From contig JBITAJ010000017.1 in assembly GCA_044440125.1 (NCBI GenBank), positions 64,001 to 128,000 of the forward strand: a DNA stretch of 64,000 nt, in the 5' to 3' direction. The notes beneath the pieces are model-generated. The model was given only the letters and a program-made list of their open reading frames with translations, was not told where the DNA came from and did not search any database. Made by a program: the position numbers and the translations under genes. This stretch comes from Sedimentisphaeraceae bacterium JB056 (lineage in GTDB: Bacteria > Planctomycetota > Phycisphaerae > Sedimentisphaerales > Sedimentisphaeraceae). Shown piece by piece: positions 9,913-19,177 of this stretch; the first letter of the stretch is position 1; each line of letters begins with the position of its first letter.

Positions 9913-11385
9913 TTGAATTCTACTACATTAATAATCTTTGGAGCTACGGGAGACCTAACCCAGCGTAAGCTTGTGCCGGCACTTTATAATAATTATCGCA
10001 AGGGCAGGCTCGATAAGGGTGTGAAGATAGTTGGTTTTGCCCGACGAGACTGGAGCAATGAGTATTTTCTCAATCATCTCAAGGAGGGTGTCAGGGATAA
10101 TGTGGAGTCGTTCGATGAGGCTGAATATGATGAGTTCGCCTCAAGCCTCACCTATTTTCGAGGCAATTTGAACGAGCTTGATGATTTTAAGTCTCTTGAG
10201 AAATATTTGCAGGACAACGAGAACGGCCAGGCCTCTCGGCTTTACTATATGGCAACATCTCCGAATCTGTATGTTGATATATGCGAGAACCTTAAAAGCA
10301 GCGGCATGGATAATAGCAATCGAGATTTGCGGAGGGTTGTGATAGAAAAGCCTTTCGGGCGTGATCTTGAGAGTGCTTCGAAGCTTAACGACAGGCTTCA
10401 CGATACTTTTGAAGAAAGCCAGATATACCGTATCGATCATTACCTCGGCAAGGAAACGGCGCAGAATATCCTGTTTTTCAGGTTTGCAAACACATTCTTT
10501 GAGCCGCTTTGGAACAGTCATTATATATCCAATGTGCAGATTACCGTGGCCGAGAGCGTTGATGTGGCTCGGCGCGGGGGATACTATGATACCGCGGGAG
10601 TGCTTAGGGATATGTTCCAAAGTCACCTGCTGCAGCTTCTTGCTCTGGTGGCGATGGAGCCGGCTAACTCTACATCTTCAGAAGCAATCCGTAATGAAAA
10701 GGTGAAGGTGTTCAATGCGGTAAGGAAAATTGAGCCGGGCGATACCGTTATGGCTCAGTATGAGGGATACAGACAGCAGGATCGCATCGCTTCTGACTCC
10801 AGAACGCCTACTTATGGAGCAATGAAGCTTTATATCGACAACTGGCGATGGAAAGGTGTTCCTTTTTATCTGCGGTCGGGAAAGGCAATGACTGCCCGCA
10901 GCAGTGAGATAATCATTGAGTTTGTTTCGCCGCCGGATGTGATGTTTAATCCCGGGCTTAACGAGAGTTTCTCGCCGAATCTCATTGCGATATGCATCCA
11001 GCCTAATGAGAGCATACACCTGCGTTTTGAGACGAAAGTGCCAGATACCGTTTCGCAGTCGAGATCTGTCAATATGGACTTCTGCTACAGTCAGGAATTC
11101 CCCGAAATATCAATGCCCGATGCCTATGAAAGACTGCTTCTTGATGCCTTGAAGGGCGATTCTTCACTTTTTGCAAGGAGTGATGGAATAGAGGCTTCAT
11201 GGCGGATCATCGATCCTGTGATCGAGGCATGGGAGAAAGATGGAAGCAATCTTGAGCTTGGGCAGTATGAGAAAGGGAGTTGGGGACCAAAATCGGCCGA
11301 CGAGCTCCTTGCCGAAGCCGGTCATAAATGGAGGCTGGCTTGCAGTGATCCAAACACTAATAATTGCAGTTGTAAAAAGAAGTAA
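9913..11385 (+). CDS. zwf: Glucose-6-phosphate 1-dehydrogenase
   Basis: [26 protein letters not shown] start at 9913 chosen for GGAGGG SD (ORF extends to 9877). Confidence 0.96.
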   Translation: MNSTTLIIFGATGDLTQRKLVPALYNNYRKGRLDKGVKIVGFARRDWSNEYFLNHLKEGVRDNVESFDEAEYDEFASSLTYFRGNLNELDDFKSLEKYLQDNENGQASRLYYMATSPNLYVDICENLKSSGMDNSNRDLRRVVIEKPFGRDLESASKLNDRLHDTFEESQIYRIDHYLGKETAQNILFFRFANTFFEPLWNSHYISNVQITVAESVDVARRGGYYDTAGVLRDMFQSHLLQLLALVAMEPANSTSSEAIRNEKVKVFNAVRKIEPGDTVMAQYEGYRQQDRIASDSRTPTYGAMKLYIDNWRWKGVPFYLRSGKAMTARSSEIIIEFVSPPDVMFNPGLNESFSPNLIAICIQPNESIHLRFETKVPDTVSQSRSVNMDFCYSQEFPEISMPDAYERLLLDALKGDSSLFARSDGIEASWRIIDPVIEAWEKDGSNLELGQYEKGSWGPKSADELLAEAGHKWRLACSDPNTNNCSCKKK

Positions 11386-11450
11386 CAAATGTCCTACTCT
11401 TTATAAGGCCTTTTATGGTAAGGCAATACAGAAATAAAAAGCTTAAAATC

Positions 11451-11479
11451 TTGACAAAATGCCCATGTTAAGGTATAGT
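11451..11479 (+). promoter_or_regulatory. Sigma70 promoter
   Basis: TTGACA-17 bp-TATAGT upstream of the GLUG gene. Confidence 0.7.
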
Positions 11480-11547
11480 TTAGTTTATGGGTTAACTTTT
11501 TTTGTGTTGAGTAAACGGGCATGGTGTTAATTAATGGAGTGCTTATT

Positions 11548-13089
11548 ATGAAGAGTGTATTATTGTGTGTGTGTGTGTTGACTTTAGCATCTGTTTTCAA
11601 TCCTGTATTTGGCGCAGGCGGGGTATTACCCGGTGACGGCAGTTCAACAACGCCATATCTAATCGAAGATCTGGTTGATTTTCAAACCTTTTCCGACCCG
11701 GCTAATTCCGCAACTTATTGGGCAAGCGGTGTTTATACAAAACTGATGACTAATTTAAACCTCTCGTCTGCAAACTATACCGACTCGGTTATCGCTGCCG
11801 ATACTGATCCTTCCAGTATAAATTATCAAGGCACTCCGTACAGAGGTTCGTTTGATGGTAATGGCTACGAACTAAATAATCTAACAATTGACGACAATAA
11901 TGCCGGTTTATCTAATATCGGTCTTTTCGGCGGTATTGAAGGGGGTAGTGTTGAAAATCTTGGAATTGTTAATTGTACTATAATAGCAGGTGTCCAAGGT
12001 GCAACAGTTAATCGTTCTGTTGGATATGTAGGCACTTTATGTGGCAAATTCAATGGCGGTACTGTCAGCAATTGTTATTCAACGGGTTCTGTTGAAGTAG
12101 ATGTGCAAAGCACTGGTGAGGCAAATGCGATAACAATAGGTGGGCTTTGCGGTTATTTTGATGGTACAATGACTAATAGTGGCTCGGAATGTAGTGTAAC
12201 GGTTCATGTAAGCAGTAGTCTGTATTCCCAGCTTCTTGATGTTGGTGGGCTTTGTGGAGTAATCGATGGTCAGATTGATAACTGTTATTCAACTGGCTCA
12301 GTTAGTGCCACTGCTTCCAAATACACCTATAATCCTTATATTGGCTTCAAGATTACGTCAATTGGTGGTTTTTGCGGTAAAAATAACGCAACAATCAATA
12401 AATCATATTCTACAGGATCTGTTTATTGCAGTTCAAATAGTTTTTCCGACTCTACATTACAGGATATTGGCGGTTTTATTGGATATAACCTTTATGGTAG
12501 TGCTCATAACAGTTACGCAACCGGCTCTGTTTACGCAAGCTCATCCGGCGATTCAAGAATAGCACATTGCTATCGAGTTGGCGGTTTTCTTGGTAATAAT
12601 CAGGAAATTATAGCGAACTGTTATTCAACTGGTTTAATATCTGCAAGCGTTTCAGGTGTCTATGAAAACTTGAGTTACATTGGAGGACTATGTGGCGGTG
12701 ATTACAACGTCGGCGGGATTACCGGCTGTTTCTGGGATACTGATACTTCCGAAACTACAGTAAGCGCAGCAGGAATAGGCAAAACTACTGCTGAAATGAT
12801 GAACGAGAGCACCTTCACTGTTGCCGGTTGGGATATGACGCCGGATGATGGTACATCAGTCTGGTATATGCCTGCCGCCGGTTATCCGCAATTGGCATGG
12901 CAGTTAGTCAATCCTGTCGATCTTGGGGAATTCTGCATACTAGCACAATATTGGGGAGACACGGGCTGTACGTCAGGGCAAGACTGCTTTGCTGCCGATT
13001 GGTATGTAGATGGGACAATTGATACGCTTGATTTGTATCAGCTTACAAGCAGTTGGCTTGAAGAAGAAATGGCCCTCTCAGGTATTTGA
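11548..13089 (+). CDS. Secreted GLUG-repeat protein with C-terminal dockerin-like module
   Basis: Signal peptide; repeated [IV]GG[LF]CG...I.NCYSTG; FWD..TS; terminal DWYVDGTIDTLDLYQLTSSWL. Confidence 0.85.
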   Translation: MKSVLLCVCVLTLASVFNPVFGAGGVLPGDGSSTTPYLIEDLVDFQTFSDPANSATYWASGVYTKLMTNLNLSSANYTDSVIAADTDPSSINYQGTPYRGSFDGNGYELNNLTIDDNNAGLSNIGLFGGIEGGSVENLGIVNCTIIAGVQGATVNRSVGYVGTLCGKFNGGTVSNCYSTGSVEVDVQSTGEANAITIGGLCGYFDGTMTNSGSECSVTVHVSSSLYSQLLDVGGLCGVIDGQIDNCYSTGSVSATASKYTYNPYIGFKITSIGGFCGKNNATINKSYSTGSVYCSSNSFSDSTLQDIGGFIGYNLYGSAHNSYATGSVYASSSGDSRIAHCYRVGGFLGNNQEIIANCYSTGLISASVSGVYENLSYIGGLCGGDYNVGGITGCFWDTDTSETTVSAAGIGKTTAEMMNESTFTVAGWDMTPDDGTSVWYMPAAGYPQLAWQLVNPVDLGEFCILAQYWGDTGCTSGQDCFAADWYVDGTIDTLDLYQLTSSWLEEEMALSGI

Positions 13090-13199
13090 TGTGTTGCAAG
13101 CGGAATCTTCGGGGCTGCCGGTCGATACTGTGAAATTGACCGATTGAGCTATAATTTGCTCTTATTCCTTTGCTCTTTTAAACTTATGTCAAAAACATC

Positions 13200-13229
13200 T
13201 TGACACCCAAGCGTCTTTTATGATAAAAT
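13200..13229 (+). promoter_or_regulatory. Sigma70 promoter with extended -10, followed by a terminator rather than a CDS
   Basis: TTGACA-18 bp-TAAAAT preceded by TGn. Confidence 0.6.
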
Positions 13230-13235
13230 AGCGAC

Positions 13236-13306
13236 GACTTAATTTAGTCTTTTCATCACCCTCTCCGAAGCCAGATCTCTTAATTGGGTCTGGCTTTACT
13301 TATTTT
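13236..13306 (+). ncRNA. Candidate ~70-nt small RNA with anti-SD segment
   Basis: Promoter, then C/U-rich TTTCATCACCCTCTCC, then hairpin AAGCCAGATC/GGTCTGGCTT and U-rich tail; no ORF. Confidence 0.45.
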
Positions 13307-13418
13307 AAACTTTCAACATTCACTGTTAATTTCAAAAATCACCTTGTCATCACTTGTCTGTAATGTTAATATAAGCATTCTATTATAAAACTTTTGCAAG
13401 GAATTGGGTGATTATATC

Positions 13419-13853
13419 ATGAAGCTTAAAGTGATTTTGAAAGGACTTGTCGCCGGAATAGTGACGATGTTTTTGCTTTCAATCATCGGGTTTGGAATCT
13501 TGTTGGAGAAGCATAATTTTAGGGCAAGTGTTAGCGGACAGGTAACTGATGGTAAGGGGGGAGCTGTGCCGAATGCAAAGCTAAACTTTTATATGCCCAA
13601 CAGCGATGACATACAGTATGATTGCGAGACAATAACTAATTCGGAAGGCAGGTATTCGGTTCGTTTGCCAAGCTTCAGAGTCGCTCTGGACACATCACTA
13701 TGCTATATTAGAAATGTGAAAATAGTTGCGGAGGGATACGAGCCTTCCAGTAAAAGTGTAACTCTTAAAAAAGGTTCTAATCTTGAGACGAATTTTGTAC
13801 TACAGAAAGAAATAACAGTGAGAGGCGGAGAATTAAATGTCAATGGAAAATGA
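13419..13853 (+). CDS. Membrane-anchored carboxypeptidase-regulatory-like (transthyretin-like) domain protein
   Basis: N-terminal TM; VSGQVTDGKGGAVPNA...TNSEGRY...AEGYEP. Confidence 0.75.
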   Translation: MKLKVILKGLVAGIVTMFLLSIIGFGILLEKHNFRASVSGQVTDGKGGAVPNAKLNFYMPNSDDIQYDCETITNSEGRYSVRLPSFRVALDTSLCYIRNVKIVAEGYEPSSKSVTLKKGSNLETNFVLQKEITVRGGELNVNGK

Positions 13854-14269
13854 ACTTGATTTCAGAGTTGTATCTTTCGGCAAAACAGGGCTTTTTCAAC
13901 AGCCCTACTGTTCCTATTTACTATGCCAAAATGAATAAATTAGGAAAAGCGAAGAAGTCTTTTGAATCTATGCAGAGTATTATGACAATAGTTTATGGCT
14001 TTAAGCTTGCAACCAGTGGTGAAAGAATGACAGGAGAATATGAACAGATTATGAATGCAGGAATTCCAGGTGAGAATTTAACCAGTACTAAGGGTATTGC
14101 TAAAGCAGCGATTGACGGAGCAATTCATGTTACAGACCAAGCTGGGTATGAAGTGTTAAATATAAAAGGAAATATAAAAAATGCGGAGATTCAACAAGTT
14201 GATGTTCACAAAAATACAAGAGCCATTGAAAGAGGTAGATTGGTGAATAAACTTCTGAATGGTGATTAG
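13850..14269 (+). pseudogene. Probable chimeric/5'-truncated ORF: IS-end-derived N-terminus fused to C-terminal remnant of a larger protein
   Basis: Contains GGCTTTTTCAACAGCCC (translated GFFNSP) near its start; stops 1 bp before the Sel1 gene start. Confidence 0.45.
13889..13905 (+). repeat. 17-bp repeat copy 1, IS terminal inverted-repeat-like
   Basis: GGCTTTTTCAACAGCCC identical to 15618-15634. Confidence 0.7.
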
Positions 14270-14270
14270 G

Positions 14271-15290
14271 ATGAATAAATTAAGTAATATATATATTGTT
14301 GTAATCGCCATATGGTTTTGTTCTAACATTATGGCGACAGAACGATTTGATTTAGATGACCCCAATAGTTTATCGTCGTATTATGAATATGGCAAGGAGT
14401 GTAGGAAACAATCTCCTGACAAAGCAATGGAAATCTTCATTGAATGCTATGAGCATGGAATTGTAGATGCTTTAGCCATGCAGGGGCTTCTTTACATACA
14501 AGGAGATGGGGTTGATGTTAATTACGAAAAAGCAAAGTATTTGCTTGAAAAAGCTCTGTCGCAAGGTTCAAATGTAGCACTTGGGCTCTTAGCAGTTATT
14601 TATGCAGATGGTCTTGGTGTAGAACCAGACATAGAAAAAGCAAATCAGTATAGAAGTAAAGCTGCTTACAAAGGAGATAAACAGAGTATGTTTTACCTTG
14701 GGTTAGCATCTGAATTTGGACAGGGAGTTGATATTGACTATCAGAAAGCCGCATATTGGTATAAAAAGTCTGATTTAACTTACGCCTTGCTTAGATACAC
14801 TTATCTTGTACTTGAAGAGAGAGTATTGGATATGGATAAAAGGGCTTTAGTCAAATATATTAATAATGGTATTAAAGAGAATAGGGCTCTCGCTTACGCC
14901 CTGCGGGCACGGCTCCACTATAAGGGTTATATTCTTGCTCAGGATTTGAAAAAGGCAAAGATGTTTTATGAAAAATCTATTGAGCTTGGTTCTGATGTTG
15001 GTAAAACCGATTATGGTCTTGCTCTTATTAGTACCGATGGCTTGTTTAATCGGGATATGAAACGTGGAATTGACATGCTTATAGAAGCAAGCAATAATGG
15101 ACATGGTAAGGCAAGTTATTGTCTTGGTGTTATTATGAAGCAAGAAGGCAAAAAAGAATACACTGAAAGAGTGATTGAATATTATAAGTTAGCCGCATGG
15201 CAGGGATACCCAGAGGCTAAAACGAGATTACGCGAATTGAATATTAATATTGGTCAGGAAGAAAAGGATGATATCGAGATTAAGCCGTGA
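14271..15290 (+). CDS. Secreted Sel1-repeat protein
   Basis: Signal peptide; Y.QGDGVDVNYEKA, YADGLGVEPDIEKA, FGQGVDIDYQKAAYWY repeats. Confidence 0.9.
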   Translation: MNKLSNIYIVVIAIWFCSNIMATERFDLDDPNSLSSYYEYGKECRKQSPDKAMEIFIECYEHGIVDALAMQGLLYIQGDGVDVNYEKAKYLLEKALSQGSNVALGLLAVIYADGLGVEPDIEKANQYRSKAAYKGDKQSMFYLGLASEFGQGVDIDYQKAAYWYKKSDLTYALLRYTYLVLEERVLDMDKRALVKYINNGIKENRALAYALRARLHYKGYILAQDLKKAKMFYEKSIELGSDVGKTDYGLALISTDGLFNRDMKRGIDMLIEASNNGHGKASYCLGVIMKQEGKKEYTERVIEYYKLAAWQGYPEAKTRLRELNINIGQEEKDDIEIKP

Positions 15291-15579
15291 GGAATTGAAG
15301 AAAATAGCGTTTTGTCAGAAGATGGTAATTGTATTTATTGTATTGGGATTTTTGGCATTACTGTATCCGCCTGCGCAGTTGATTATCGGAGTGCTGCAGA
15401 TTGTTTTTGTCTATAAATTAGCGAAAGCAACAGATGCACTTGCTCCGTGGCTTTATGTTATAGCATGTTTTATCCCTTTGATTGTACTTATTGCATTGTT
15501 TAAGTTGAGCAGTAATGCAACGAATATTCTACGTGAGAATGGTGTTAAAGTTGGCGTTTTAGGAGCCAAAGAAATTTGA
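15268..15579 (+). CDS. Small membrane protein
   Basis: Three hydrophobic segments; C-terminal LRENGVKVGVLGA. Confidence 0.7.
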   Translation: MISRLSREELKKIAFCQKMVIVFIVLGFLALLYPPAQLIIGVLQIVFVYKLAKATDALAPWLYVIACFIPLIVLIALFKLSSNATNILRENGVKVGVLGAKEI

Positions 15580-15617
15580 AAGAACCATTTATAGTATTTG
15601 ACTCGGGTCGTTATCCT

Positions 15618-15634
15618 GGCTTTTTCAACAGCCC
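15618..15634 (+). repeat. 17-bp repeat copy 2, IS terminal inverted-repeat-like
   Basis: GGCTTTTTCAACAGCCC identical to 13889-13905. Confidence 0.7.
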
Positions 15635-15704
15635 CGCAGTTACTTATTTTGAAGTGAGATAGGAATAGATATCATTCGAATTTTTTAATATTTTTCTGAT
15701 GTTT

Positions 15705-15763
15705 AATCGCCGTGAGCTTTTCTTGTTCGGGAGAGTTCGCGGCGTTTTTTTATGAACTTTGGT
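15705..15763 (+). repeat. 59-bp direct repeat copy 1 containing an intrinsic terminator
   Basis: 57/59 identical to 17567-17625; hairpin CGCCGTGAGCTTTTC/GAGAGTTCGCGGCG followed by T7. Confidence 0.9.
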
Positions 15764-16060
15764 TCTTTAAACTTGAGAGAATTAAAGGAGCCATGTCTCT
15801 TAAATTTATGTAACCAGTTAAGTTATTGTCATTGCTGGTTTTGTTTTGTGAAAAAAGTAGCCTTATCCCTCCTATGGAGCCAGAATTGTCAAGAGTTATT
15901 TTTTTTGTTTTAACTTGAATCTTAAATAAATACTGTTTATATTTATCCAAGTAGAGGTGTGTGAGGGTTGTTGTTTCAAATCTACAAGTCTCTGTCAGTA
16001 AACAAAAGGTGTGTTGTATCGCCTTATATAATTTTACGGCTCCTTTTTGAAAGGAATAAA

Positions 16061-17296
16061 ATGAAGCAGTTAAGTTTGTTATCGTTTTGTTTATTGATTT
16101 GTGCCGGTTCTTTGCTTGCCGGCTCCCTAATCTCGGTCAGTCCTTCTGAGGCAATTGAAGGTGGAAACGTTGCATTGACTATCGAGGCAGAGAATACATC
16201 ATTTACCGCCGAAACGGTATTAGATGTAAATGTGATCAAAGGCGAAGTTGCCTTGGAAGCAGCAGAATTTTCAACTTTATCTGACACTCTTATTGAAGCA
16301 ACATTCGCAATACCGGATAATGCCGGTGAGGGTTTATGGTCAGTAGAGGTGCAATTAAGCGGCGATACTCTCACACTTGAAGACTGCGTTAACGTTTATG
16401 ACCCTGATATCAATGGTGATGGAATTGTCGATATATCTGATTTCAGGCTGTACGCTAAACATTTTCTCGAAATAATGGCAGGCTATACTCTCGTTCCCGA
16501 TTTAGTTTCGCTTAGTCAAAGCGCCGCCGAGCAGGACATTCTGGATGCGGGCTTGGTTTTAGGAACGGTTGGAGAGGTTTACAGTGATACCATTGACGCG
16601 GGATTGGTTATCAACCAGAATCCTGCTGCCGGTGAGTTATTGCCTGAGGCAGCTTTAGTGGCTCTTACCATATCAAAGGGGCCCGAGCCGGTAATTGTGC
16701 CAAACTTGTCATCTCTTATTCAAAATGATGCCCAAACCGCTATTATTGCCGCGGGCCTAAGCGTTGGCTCGATAACTGAGCAATACAGCTCAACTGTTGC
16801 GGCAGGTTTGGTTATCAGTCAATCGCCGTTAGCCGGTGAAAGCGTTGCACCGGGTTCGGCTGTTGATTTTGTTGTGTCTCTTGGTCAAGAACCGGCTCCT
16901 GAAGGCGGAGACCCCGCTGCCGTGAGCTGGGAGATTTTGGACGCTGATTGGGTGAAAAACACTTACGCCGACGGTTCGGTTACTTTAAGCGACAGTTCAT
17001 CCGGCCTGATGTGGCTGCATGATGCCTCTATGCTGGGTACTTCAGACTGGAGCGGGGCAAAGACCATTTGCAACAACCTCAACTATGGCGGCTACAGCGA
17101 CTGGTTCTCACCCAACGTTAATGACCTTAGAGATGTTTATAGTGTGAGATCGTTTTTTATCAATGTTCAGGCAACGCAATATTGGTCAGGAAGCTATGTT
17201 TACGGATACCAATACGTCGATATGAGCACCGGAAGTTCCTCGTATACCAGCAACTCAGGAAGAATTTATCGGGTTTGGGCTTGCCGTAACCAATAG
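16061..17296 (+). CDS. Secreted protein: Ig-like + dockerin-like motif + 2 PASTA + C-terminal DUF1566-like domain
   Basis: Signal peptide; DINGDGIVDISDF; two VP[DN]L...VI.Q.P.AG PASTA repeats; DSSSGLMW...W..A..IC...GGYSDW..P. Confidence 0.85.
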   Translation: MKQLSLLSFCLLICAGSLLAGSLISVSPSEAIEGGNVALTIEAENTSFTAETVLDVNVIKGEVALEAAEFSTLSDTLIEATFAIPDNAGEGLWSVEVQLSGDTLTLEDCVNVYDPDINGDGIVDISDFRLYAKHFLEIMAGYTLVPDLVSLSQSAAEQDILDAGLVLGTVGEVYSDTIDAGLVINQNPAAGELLPEAALVALTISKGPEPVIVPNLSSLIQNDAQTAIIAAGLSVGSITEQYSSTVAAGLVISQSPLAGESVAPGSAVDFVVSLGQEPAPEGGDPAAVSWEILDADWVKNTYADGSVTLSDSSSGLMWLHDASMLGTSDWSGAKTICNNLNYGGYSDWFSPNVNDLRDVYSVRSFFINVQATQYWSGSYVYGYQYVDMSTGSSSYTSNSGRIYRVWACRNQ

Positions 17297-17566
17297 GAAA
17301 CCGTAGCCAAAATTTGATTTATTATGTCATTTTTTAAAGGGAACCGGTTAAAGTGATGTAAAGGTTTTAGGCTAAGTATAGAATTTCGTTAAAAGATAAA
17401 TTGTCAAAATTCCCATTTACCTTACGTTGGTGTTGTGGGTGATTCTCGGATTTGGTGGTAGCATCTGGTTTATTCTAAAGCTACAGCCAACAATTTAATG
17501 GCAGATTACTTAGCGTAAATTGTTTTTGTCAAAGATTTTCGGTTTGTAAAATATCGTTTAAACTTC

Positions 17567-17625
17567 AATCGCCGTGAGCTTTTCTTGTTTAGGAGAGTTC
17601 GCGGCGTTTTTTTATGAACTTTGGT
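17567..17625 (+). repeat. 59-bp direct repeat copy 2 containing an intrinsic terminator
   Basis: Differs from copy 1 only by CG>TA at the loop end of the hairpin. Confidence 0.9.
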
Positions 17626-17837
17626 GCTGCAAACTCGTATCTGTTAAAAAAATATCAATGTCTATTTTTGTTCATGTCAGGGCGGTTATTGTTCTGTTTG
17701 AGGACAAAATTCTTTTTCGGTCTTCAATCTATCATTGAAAAAGCTTTGGAATCGATTATACTTATGCGTTCATATTTGCTTGAATGTCAGTGGTTACAGC
17801 AGATAATTGTATTCTGTGAGAATAACAAGGAATAAAT

Positions 17838-18089
17838 ATGTCAGATAACAACAAAAAAGAGCCGTATCCGGTTATAAATATTTTAGAATGTAAGGCTTGC
17901 GGTCGCTGCATCGTTGCCTGTCCGAAGGGTGTGCTCAAGATGAGCGACAAGATCAATGAACGCGGCTATCACTATGTCGAGTTCAGCGGAGAGGGCTGCA
18001 TCGGCTGTGCAAACTGTTTCTATACGTGTCCTGAACCTAATGCGATTGAGGTTCATGTGCCGGATAAGAATAAGGACAAAAAAGACTAA
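17838..18089 (+). CDS. 2x[4Fe-4S] ferredoxin subunit of 2-oxoacid oxidoreductase (VorC-like)
   Basis: [12 protein letters not shown] and [12 protein letters not shown]. Confidence 0.93.
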   Translation: MSDNNKKEPYPVINILECKACGRCIVACPKGVLKMSDKINERGYHYVEFSGEGCIGCANCFYTCPEPNAIEVHVPDKNKDKKD

Positions 18090-18117
18090 TCCATTTGGAC
18101 TAAGGAGTTTACAACAA

Positions 18118-19167
18118 ATGGCTACACAATTGGTGAAAGGAAATACGGCGGTTATCGTTGGGGCATTATATGCCGGTTGCGATTGCTATTTCGGCTACCC
18201 TATAACGCCCGCTAGTGAAATACTGCACGAGGCTTCCAAGCTTTTCCCTAAGCTTGGGCGTAAATTCGTTCAGGCAGAATCGGAAGAGGCCGCTATCAAC
18301 ATGACTTTTGGCGGAGCGGCTGCGGGTCATAGAGTGATGACAGCTTCATCGGGCCCTGGAATAAGCCTCAAGCAGGAAGGCGTGTCATATATCGCGGGTG
18401 CAGAGCTGCCGTGTGTTATAGTGGATATCATGCGAGCAGGACCAGGCCTTGGCAACATCGGCCCTGAGCAGGGTGATTACAATCAGGTTGTAAAGGGCGG
18501 TGGCCACGGTAATTATAAAAATATCGTACTCGCACCATGCAACGTCCAGGAAATGTGCGATTTGACTATCAAGGCATTCGAGCTTTCATTCAAATACCGC
18601 AATCCGGTAGTCGTTCTCGCTGACGGCGTATTGGGTCAGATGATTGAGCCGATAAAATTCCCGGAAAATGCGGTAAAACCTGAAATAGACAGCAGTTGGG
18701 CAACAGCCGGTACTGCCCAGACACGTGAGAATCTTGTATCTTCAATTTTCCTCGATTTCGACCAGCTTGAAGATTTCAATTACAAGCTTCAGGAAAAATA
18801 TGCTGTGGTTGAGAAAAACGAGGTTGATTACGAAGCGGTTAATGTTGATGATGCTGATATTGTGCTTGTAAGTTACGGCATAAGCAGCCGTATATCAAAG
18901 ACCGCGGTAGAAAAAGCAAGGGCCAAGGGGATAAAGGCAGGTCTTTTCAGGCCCAAAACACTGTTCCCATTCCCGAAAAATGAGCTTAAGGAAATCGCAA
19001 AGCGTGATGTTAAGTTTGTTTCGGTTGAGATGAGTAATGGTCAGCTTGCTGACGATTTGCGTCTGGCTATCGAGTGTAAGAGAGATGTGGAGCTTGTCAA
19101 CAGGCTTGGCGGCAATTTGCTTACGCTTGATCAGGTAATGGAAAAAATTGAAGAACTTTCTGCGTAA
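18118..19167 (+). CDS. vorB: 2-oxoisovalerate:ferredoxin oxidoreductase alpha-type subunit
   Basis: [24 protein letters not shown] at 18118 with AAGGAG SD. Confidence 0.88.
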   Translation: MATQLVKGNTAVIVGALYAGCDCYFGYPITPASEILHEASKLFPKLGRKFVQAESEEAAINMTFGGAAAGHRVMTASSGPGISLKQEGVSYIAGAELPCVIVDIMRAGPGLGNIGPEQGDYNQVVKGGGHGNYKNIVLAPCNVQEMCDLTIKAFELSFKYRNPVVVLADGVLGQMIEPIKFPENAVKPEIDSSWATAGTAQTRENLVSSIFLDFDQLEDFNYKLQEKYAVVEKNEVDYEAVNVDDADIVLVSYGISSRISKTAVEKARAKGIKAGLFRPKTLFPFPKNELKEIAKRDVKFVSVEMSNGQLADDLRLAIECKRDVELVNRLGGNLLTLDQVMEKIEELSA

Positions 19168-19177
19168 AGGTTTTAAT

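Noticed and set aside
13404..15634. Integron cassette array
   Set aside because: No RYYYAAC...GTTRRRY attC palindromes recognised between the genes and no integrase
15750..15950. 66-aa minus-strand ORF (and 17614-17835 on plus)
   Set aside because: Overlap the duplicated terminator, lack a clear RBS and do not look protein-like
17170..17296. DUF1566-like C-terminus as a diversity-generating retroelement variable region
   Set aside because: No template repeat or reverse transcriptase seen in the window and several codons do not fit an NNY pattern; a remote DGR cannot be excluded
17956..18117. N-terminal extension of vorB in the ORF track
   Set aside because: Overlaps the ferredoxin gene; ATG at 18118 has a strong SD
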